Shown here in pieces: positions 25,972-32,167 of a stretch of DNA of 32,167 bases; the first letter of the stretch is position 1; the number at the start of each line of letters is the position of its first letter. Under the pieces are notes generated by a model. It searched no databases, had not been told where the DNA came from, and saw only the letters and a list, made by a program, of their open reading frames with translations. The position numbers and the translations under genes are program-made. Source of the stretch: an uncultured Bifidobacteriaceae bacterium (GTDB lineage Bacteria > Verrucomicrobiota > Verrucomicrobiia > Limisphaerales > UBA11358); the NCBI GenBank assembly GCA_964538105.1, contig CAZIFP010000002.1:1-32167 (forward strand), given 5' to 3'.

Positions 25972-26607
25972 TCACATGCTTTTCCGGCGGCCGAGAAATT
26001 TCAAAGCTGCCTGGGTGCGCGAACGGACGTGCAGCTTGGTGTAAATGTGCCGCAGATGCCAGGTCACGGTCTCGATGCTGATGGAAAGCTTGTCCGCAAT
26101 TTCCTTGTTTGCGCAGCCTTGGGACAGCAGTTCCAGCACCTCCTGTTCGCGCCGGGAAAGATTCTGATCCTCCGCCGGCGCCGGCGCCGGCTCGCGAAAC
26201 ACGCCGAGGACCTTGCGCGCAATCTCGCTCGACATCGGCACGCCGCCGGCGTGGACTTCCCGTATGGCCTGCAAAATCTGCTCCGGCGCCACGCGTTTGA
26301 GAATATAGCCGCTTGCCCCGGCACGCAGGGAGTTGAAAACTTTTTCGGTGTCGCCATAGACGGTGATCATCACCACCTGCGCCGATGGCAGCAGTTCCTT
26401 GATGCAGGCGGTGCATTCGATGCCCGAGCGGTCAGGCAGGTTGATATCCATGAGAATAACCTGCGGTGCGGCCTTCGGAAGCGTGCGCAGCGCCTCCTCG
26501 GTGTTCTTGCAGGCCGCGACGCACGAAAATTCCGACGACGACTTCAGCAGCCATTCCAAACTGCGGCGGATACCCGCGTCATCCTCAACTATCGCCACGG
26601 TGATCAT
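25972..26607 (-). CDS. NarL/LuxR-family response regulator (REC + LuxR HTH)
   Basis: 211 aa. The receiver reads MITVAIVEDDAGIRRSL...VILMDINLPDRSGIE. The output domain LSRREQEVLELLSQGCANKEIADKLSISIETVTWHLRHIYTKL is a GerE/LuxR HTH. Confidence 0.9.
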   Translation of the reverse strand: MITVAIVEDDAGIRRSLEWLLKSSSEFSCVAACKNTEEALRTLPKAAPQVILMDINLPDRSGIECTACIKELLPSAQVVMITVYGDTEKVFNSLRAGASGYILKRVAPEQILQAIREVHAGGVPMSSEIARKVLGVFREPAPAPAEDQNLSRREQEVLELLSQGCANKEIADKLSISIETVTWHLRHIYTKLHVRSRTQAALKFLGRRKSM

Positions 26608-26688
26608 TTTCTTTTTTTACGGAACAATTTTAACAAGGCAATTGATTGCAGAAAAAATATGGGACAGGTTTTTCGGGTTGTTATGCCG

Positions 26689-29600
26689 TCACTCATACTG
26701 CCTGGTCCGCCGCGCGGCAAGCGGCAAAGACAAGCTGACGGAAACTCCGCCGGCCGGCCGGTTGACAATTTCGCACCGGCCGCCGATCTGGGCCATTCGC
26801 TGGCGCAAGTTGATCAGACCGTCCGCGTCTTCCTTTACCGTCGGTGACAGGCCGCGTCCATTGTCTTCAACGCCGATGAACAAACGGCTTTTTTCCTCGA
26901 CGGAAATTTTGACGCGGACTTCGGTTGCGCCGGAATGTCTTACCACGTTGGTCAAGGCTTCCTCGAAAGCCAGAAAAAGATTGTGCCGTTGTTCCGAGTT
27001 CAAGGGCTGATCGGGTTCCGTTTCCTGCATTTCCAAACGGCAGCGGATGGCCGTCGGCTCCAGAAAACCCTGCGCGTAGCGACAGAGATAACCGCCGAGC
27101 GAATTCACCGAGTCGTCCCGCGGGTTGACCGCCCACACAATTTCATCCAGCGCCATGACCAGATCGCGGCTGCGCTGGACAATTCGGTCCAAAGCCTCCT
27201 GCTTGCGGGTCGGGAGCCGCGCCGGATCCTGAAGCAGCCCGCCAAGCAGCCCAATCTCGGTCAGGCCCGCGCCGAGGTCGTCGTGCAAATCCCGGGCGAT
27301 GCGCGACCGCTCGCGCTCCAGCTCATGCTGGCGTTCCAATCGTTCCAGCCGGCGATGCATCCGCCGACGCATGGTAATCACAACTGTGAAGGACAACCCC
27401 GCCATCACCAACAAACCTGCGCCGCCGCGGAACCAGGCCGTCTGATAGAAAAACGGATTCACCTTTACTGAAAGCAGCGCGCTGTCGTCGCTCCAGACGG
27501 AATCGCTGTTGCAAGCCATGACGTGAAAAACATACCGGCCCGGCGGGACATGGCGGTAGATGGCTTTTCTTTCCGCGCCAGCATCGTTCCATCCGCTTTC
27601 CAGTCCATCAAGGCGGTATTTGAACCGGACATCCGCCGCCGAACCGAGGCTCAATCCGGCGTAATAGAATTCGAGATCCCCGCGACCGGGACCGACCTTG
27701 ATTTCCGGCGTGGCGGCGTGGCCGTCTTCAATGGTTTCATGAGCCGTCAGGACTGCGCCGACGTTCACCGGCCCAACTCGTTTGTCATCGGCCCACATAT
27801 CTTCCAGCACCACCGTCGGCGGCGAGGGATTGATATGAACTGCTGCCGGATTCACCGTCGCCACGCTGTTTGCCATGGCAAAAAACAAGGAGCCGTCCCG
27901 CCCGCGCCAGCAGTTCGGCTGGTAGACAATCGCGCTGCCAATCGTCTGCAAACCGTCCGACCGCCCATAGACACTCACCGGCAGTTCGTCCAATTTGCCG
28001 CGTTCGAATTGTGCCAGTGCGGCGGCGGGGATGCGGGCGATGCCGGCGCGCGTTCCCAGCCACAGATTGCCAGCGGCGTCGCCCAAAATCTGAACGATGC
28101 TGTCTGAAGGCAGCCCGTTCTTCATCGTATATCGGAAAAATTTGCCGTTGCTCCAGTGCAACAAACCGCCTTGCTCCGTGCCCGCCCACAAGCTGCCGTC
28201 TGGAGCCGCCCACAACGCCCAGATTCGTCCCAGCGAATTCCGATCCGGCGGCGATAGCGGGACAAATTGTTTGCCGTCCCAGCGCATGAGCAGTCCGTCC
28301 AGTGTTCCCGCCCAAACCGTGCCGTCTGCCGCCTCCGCCAGCGCCGTCGGGTGACCGCCTGTGCTTTGCGAGGCGTATTCAAAGGAAAGATTTCCATTCG
28401 TGACGCTGATGATGGAAGAAAGTGTTCCGACCCAGAGGCGGCCATCGCGGCATGGCAACAGCAGACGCGGATAACTCTTCAGTTGCGTCTCCGTGGCGAT
28501 TGGCTGCAACTGTCCGGCTTCTGACATCAACAGGCCGATGCCCTGCGCGCCAATCCAAACCCGTCCGCGCGCGTCGGCCACAACGCAACTGTCTTGCGTG
28601 CGTCCGGATCCTTGCAAAACGATGTTCGTGCAGACGCCGTTCTCATAACGGCCTACGATGCCGCTGTGCGTGCCAATCCACACGGCACCGTGAGCGTCTT
28701 CGCACACGGTGTTGATCAGGCTGTCACCCAACCCTTGTTCCTTCCCGATGATCCCGAATAATCGCCTCCGCAACTGCACCAAGCCGCCCCGTTCGTAACC
28801 CGTCCAGATGTTTCCGTCGTGATCCTCATAGGCAAAGTGAACCACATTGCTGGGCAATCCATCCCGCGTGGTCAGGCGCTGGAAGGCGCCGTCCGCGGCA
28901 ACGTGGATCAATCCCAGATCACCGGCGCCGGCCCACAAACCGCCTTCGCTGTCGCCCTGCACAAAGTGCAACGAAGTCCTTCCGCCGAGTTCGCGGTTCC
29001 AGCCATCGGATTCGGACAGCCATTGCCGTCCGGCGCAACGCCGCATCCGGCCGTTGGCTTCCACCCAGATAGTGCCGCCGCCGGAGGGAACAATTCTCTT
29101 CACGTCCAGCACGGCCTCGCCATTGGTCGGTGTCATCACTTCAAAATGATTCGTCCGCCACACGGCCAGGGTCTGGTCCGTGCCAATCCAAATTCGTCCC
29201 TGCGCGTCGGCGGCCAGCACTTTGAGGATCTGATCTTCCAGCCCTGCCGTCAGTGCGAGGGTTTTGGTTTCCTGGCCGCTCCAGATGCCAATTTTGTTTT
29301 CGCTTTGCAAATACCAAATCCGGCCTTCGGCATCAGCGCATTGCTGACCCTGCGACGAAACATCCGGCGGCGTCACCGTCTGCCAGTTCCATTGCTCGCG
29401 CGTTTTTTGGCCCGCCAGCAATCTCCCGTCGCCATAGATAAAAATGACCGTGCCCGGCGCCGACCACAACAAGCGGGCGGGCCGGTTGGTGCTGTTGAAC
29501 ACCGAGCGGAAACCTTGTTTGTCCCACGTGGTCAAGCCGCCATCAACCATGCTGATCCAAAGCGTGCCTGCCTGGTCCACCATGAGCCGGGGCACGCCCC

Positions 29601-29883
29601 ATTTCTGTGAAAATACCGGCGTGTTCGCGGAGTTGTATTTGGCGAAGCGCGTGCCATCGAAACGCAGCACGCTGCCAAAGAGCGTGCCGACCCATAAATA
29701 GCCTTCCGGGGTTTGCGCGACATCCGTGACCGAGCTTTCGGTCAAGCCTTCATCCGCACCCCAGAGTTTGACAACATAATCCTGGCCTGCGGAATCGTCT
29801 ACATTTGCACACACAAATGGTGGCAGTGCCGGGCTGAGGAACAACCCCAGCCAAAAGAGGAGAGTTCTCGCGGCTGGTTGCAT
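26689..29883 (-). CDS. Sensor histidine kinase with periplasmic two-component-regulator propeller repeats + Y_Y_Y domain, TM helix, HisKA_3 and HATPase_c
   Basis: The ATG at 29883 gives MQPAARTLLFWLGLFLSPALPPFVCA; the ORF-track start at 29901 is TTG. The N-terminal ~750 aa carry many repeats of the type W.GT..GL (LWVGTLFG, IWIGTDQ, VWIGTHSG, LWAGTEQGGL, LWLGTRAGI). FKYRLDGLESGW is Y_Y_Y-like. The TM segment is GLLVMAGLSFTVVI, the H-box is ERSRIARDLHDDLGAGL, and the ATP-binding part is NVVRHSGA...VEDNGRGL. Confidence 0.9.
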   Translation of the reverse strand: MQPAARTLLFWLGLFLSPALPPFVCANVDDSAGQDYVVKLWGADEGLTESSVTDVAQTPEGYLWVGTLFGSVLRFDGTRFAKYNSANTPVFSQKWGVPRLMVDQAGTLWISMVDGGLTTWDKQGFRSVFNSTNRPARLLWSAPGTVIFIYGDGRLLAGQKTREQWNWQTVTPPDVSSQGQQCADAEGRIWYLQSENKIGIWSGQETKTLALTAGLEDQILKVLAADAQGRIWIGTDQTLAVWRTNHFEVMTPTNGEAVLDVKRIVPSGGGTIWVEANGRMRRCAGRQWLSESDGWNRELGGRTSLHFVQGDSEGGLWAGAGDLGLIHVAADGAFQRLTTRDGLPSNVVHFAYEDHDGNIWTGYERGGLVQLRRRLFGIIGKEQGLGDSLINTVCEDAHGAVWIGTHSGIVGRYENGVCTNIVLQGSGRTQDSCVVADARGRVWIGAQGIGLLMSEAGQLQPIATETQLKSYPRLLLPCRDGRLWVGTLSSIISVTNGNLSFEYASQSTGGHPTALAEAADGTVWAGTLDGLLMRWDGKQFVPLSPPDRNSLGRIWALWAAPDGSLWAGTEQGGLLHWSNGKFFRYTMKNGLPSDSIVQILGDAAGNLWLGTRAGIARIPAAALAQFERGKLDELPVSVYGRSDGLQTIGSAIVYQPNCWRGRDGSLFFAMANSVATVNPAAVHINPSPPTVVLEDMWADDKRVGPVNVGAVLTAHETIEDGHAATPEIKVGPGRGDLEFYYAGLSLGSAADVRFKYRLDGLESGWNDAGAERKAIYRHVPPGRYVFHVMACNSDSVWSDDSALLSVKVNPFFYQTAWFRGGAGLLVMAGLSFTVVITMRRRMHRRLERLERQHELERERSRIARDLHDDLGAGLTEIGLLGGLLQDPARLPTRKQEALDRIVQRSRDLVMALDEIVWAVNPRDDSVNSLGGYLCRYAQGFLEPTAIRCRLEMQETEPDQPLNSEQRHNLFLAFEEALTNVVRHSGATEVRVKISVEEKSRLFIGVEDNGRGLSPTVKEDADGLINLRQRMAQIGGRCEIVNRPAGGVSVSLSLPLAARRTRQYE

Positions 29884-29934
29884 GGCGCGAGTATGAAACA
29901 AACGACAGTTTCATCGCCACAACAAAATCAGATG

Positions 29935-29958
29935 CCCCAGTTTTTGGGGGCTGGTCAG
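29935..29958 (+). promoter_or_regulatory. Box copy e: CCCCAGTTTTTGGGGGCTGGTCAG
   Basis: It lies in the 110-bp divergent region between the kinase start (29883, minus) and the GH127-like ATG (29994, plus). It is in sense orientation for the plus-strand gene, with the core edge 43 nt from the ATG. A TATATT hexamer follows at 29972-29977. Confidence 0.6.
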
Positions 29959-29993
29959 GCTGCTGAACTTCTATATTAAGAACCAGAGATAAA

Positions 29994-32033
29994 ATGAGAT
30001 TCAATCGAAGCTTCATCACCGCTGCTCTAATATTTGGACTGGCCGGCAACAGCTTGGCACTGCTTCAACCCGCGTTGGCTGCGTCAGTGCCGGGACAATT
30101 CAAGGTCAGGTATTACGGGCAATTTTCGGAATTGCCGGTCGGCTCGGTTCAGCCGCGCGGCTGGATTCAAGAATGGCTGAAGCGGCAGGCGCAGGGTTTG
30201 ACCGGGCATCCTGAAAACATGTCCTACCCTTACGACACCTGCATGTATGCCGGCGTCATCCCGCCGCCGCCGGTCAAAGACAAATATTGGAAGGACTGGT
30301 GGCCATACGAACAGTCAGCTTACTATGTGGACGCCACCACGCGCTTGAGCTGGCTCATCAACGATGATGCCATCGGCAAAAGGCGCGACGCCAATCTCAA
30401 TTACATTCTGGACCACTCGACCGGCACCAACTACGGTGGCTCACACTGGTGCTGGCCCAACGCGGTGGTGGGGCGCGCGTTGATGGCACAATTTTCAGCG
30501 ACCGGAGATCCGCGCGTGGCGACAACGATGAAAAACTGGCTGTTGACGAGTGCCGGTGAGATTGAGCAAGGCGGACGCAGCGGCGCAAATTTTGAAGAGG
30601 CGTTTTATCTATACGGCCTGACCGGAGACCCGCGCCTGCTGGAACTTTGCCGCAAGGTGTATGGCGACTATTTGAACGACACCAATTCATTCTGCACGAC
30701 GGCAAAAATTCAAATCGAGACTCCATTCCACGAACACGGCGTCACGGCGGCAGAAGAATTAAAATGCCTGCCGCTGATGTATTCCTACACTGGCAAAACG
30801 GAAGCGCTGCGACTGGCAAAACGGGCTTATGAAAAAGTTTTGGACAACAGCCTCATGCCCGACGGCGGCATTGTCAGCTCGGAGCACTTGGGGCCGGCGG
30901 CGTTTTATTCGGTCCATGAAAGCTGCGACATCACCGACTGGTCATGGAGTCTGGGTTATATGTTCATGGCGACAGGCGAACCACGCTATGCTGATTTGAT
31001 TGAACGCACCACGTTCAACGCGCTGCCCGGCGCGGTGACGAAAGATTTCAAGCAGCTTCAATATTTTTCCGCCGTGAACCAGATGGTGATTGCCGCCACC
31101 AACAGCCACACGCCGCACTGGCCCACGCGCATGACTTATCGGGCGGCGCACGACACGGAATGCTGCGCCGGCAACATCAACCGCGCCATGCCGAATTACG
31201 TCATCCGCATGTGGATGCGCCCACAGGACGGCGGTCTCGCTGCGGTTTATTACGGGCCGAGCGAACTCACCACCACCGTCGCCGGGAAAAAAATTACCGT
31301 CACGGAAGAAACGGATTATCCTTTTCGCGACTCCATTTCGTTTCTGATAAAAACCGCCGTGCCGGTCAAATTCAACTTCCAGTTCCGCATCCCCGAATGG
31401 TGCAGCAACGCGACGATTCAGGTGAACGGAAACGACCTGCGCAAAACGCCCAAAGCGGGAGCGTTTGCCTCGGTAAAAAAAGAATTCCGCGACGGCGACG
31501 TCGTGAATTTGAAACTACCCATGACCGTGGGAGTTGAAGATTGGTTTCACGGCCAAAGCGTCTGTTTCGTGCGCGGACCGCTGGTCTATTCCCTCCAGAT
31601 TGACGAAAAGCGCGTGGCGCACAGCAGTGATCCCGACAACATCAGAGCTTTTATGGCTGGCCACGACATCCAGGGATTTCCCGAAGTTGAGTTCTTGCCT
31701 CAAAGCGACTGGCGTTACGGTTTCAATGCGGCACAGAAAAATAATTTGTCGAAAATCCAGGTTGTCGAATCGGGCATGACGGACAACCCATTCCTCGAAA
31801 ATCAAACTCCAGTGCGACTCGAAGTTCCAGTTTGTCAGCTAACCGATTGGGGGTTGCCAACGGATAAAGACAGAAGTTTTTTGAACGAGCCGTCAGGCCT
31901 GCCGGTGACCAATGATGAGCCGGCCGAAGACCAGCAAACGACCAAATTATTTGTTCCCTACGGCGCTACGCATTTACGTTTGACCACGATTCCGGTGGTT
32001 CCGGCCAGGCACGCTGATAATTCTCAAAATTAA
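29994..32033 (+). CDS. GH127/GH146-like (DUF1680) beta-L-arabinofuranosidase-family protein
   Basis: 679 aa with signal peptide MRFNRSFITAALIFGLAGNSLALLQPALA. VHESCDITDW (E-x-C) and HDTECCAGNINRAMPNY (Cys-Cys pair) match the Zn/cysteine catalytic signature known from GH127 HypBA1-type enzymes. Confidence 0.7.
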   Translation: MRFNRSFITAALIFGLAGNSLALLQPALAASVPGQFKVRYYGQFSELPVGSVQPRGWIQEWLKRQAQGLTGHPENMSYPYDTCMYAGVIPPPPVKDKYWKDWWPYEQSAYYVDATTRLSWLINDDAIGKRRDANLNYILDHSTGTNYGGSHWCWPNAVVGRALMAQFSATGDPRVATTMKNWLLTSAGEIEQGGRSGANFEEAFYLYGLTGDPRLLELCRKVYGDYLNDTNSFCTTAKIQIETPFHEHGVTAAEELKCLPLMYSYTGKTEALRLAKRAYEKVLDNSLMPDGGIVSSEHLGPAAFYSVHESCDITDWSWSLGYMFMATGEPRYADLIERTTFNALPGAVTKDFKQLQYFSAVNQMVIAATNSHTPHWPTRMTYRAAHDTECCAGNINRAMPNYVIRMWMRPQDGGLAAVYYGPSELTTTVAGKKITVTEETDYPFRDSISFLIKTAVPVKFNFQFRIPEWCSNATIQVNGNDLRKTPKAGAFASVKKEFRDGDVVNLKLPMTVGVEDWFHGQSVCFVRGPLVYSLQIDEKRVAHSSDPDNIRAFMAGHDIQGFPEVEFLPQSDWRYGFNAAQKNNLSKIQVVESGMTDNPFLENQTPVRLEVPVCQLTDWGLPTDKDRSFLNEPSGLPVTNDEPAEDQQTTKLFVPYGATHLRLTTIPVVPARHADNSQN

Positions 32034-32167
32034 ACTAATTTAAGTCATGTTCAGCAGGGACGATCATCAATTGACATAAGGCAACAATGAATTCCAGCCA
32101 ATAAGGACGGGCGGGCAATGTGCCTGGCAGCAGGCAGCGGCAAGCCTTCCGCGCATTTGAACAGGCG

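Noticed and set aside
29884-29901. TTG start (29901) for the sensor kinase
   Set aside because: The ATG at 29883, six codons downstream, starts directly with a plausible signal/TM segment (MQPAARTLLFWLGLFL). The TTG extension adds only MFHTRA and has no better upstream context.
29944-29975. Sigma-54 type -24/-12 promoter (GG-N10-GC) within or next to the box flank GGGGGCTGGTCAGGCTGC
   Set aside because: The GG-to-GC spacing is off by one or two in every register I tried. There is no TGGCAC/TTGCW context, the other copies do not share the downstream part, and no EBP-type activator is encoded here.

Overview
This 32.2-kb window looks like a Verrucomicrobiota-type chromosome segment. That assignment is an inference from a PEP-CTERM protein, two prepilin-like H-X9-DG proteins and a futalosine-pathway mqnA. 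From 1 to 11 kb the genes are mostly housekeeping. On the minus strand they are a GH55-like/lactonase-like fusion, a CBM6-like lipoprotein, mqnA, a hexose-6-P mutarotase, mutS, an SDR epimerase and an amidase lipoprotein; a gmhA-like SIS gene lies on the plus strand. From 11.3 to 32 kb the region is accessory and devoted to glycan degradation. It holds two tandem GH28-like beta-helix paralogs, a PEP-CTERM protein, and a GC-rich junk island with a truncated LysR and an IS5-type transposase remnant. It then holds a co-directional string (prepilin-like, unclassified glycosidase, GH13 amylase, 4x CBM-like protein, prepilin-like) lying behind a propeller/Y_Y_Y sensor kinase and a NarL-type response regulator. 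A divergent GH127-like gene closes the window. Three signals stand out. (1) Five oriented copies of a palindromic box, CCCCAG-T5-GGGGGCT, lie only in intergenic DNA upstream of accessory-cluster genes. I read them as a candidate regulon operator or 5'-UTR hairpin. (2) The kinase/regulator, pseudopilin, glycosidase and CBM genes together look like a possible non-Sus glycan capture and utilisation system. (3) A ~100-bp MITE-like palindromic element is inserted in frame in mutS just before the Walker A motif. I saw no rRNA, tRNA or CRISPR array. All family calls come from motif recognition by eye, because no searches could be run.
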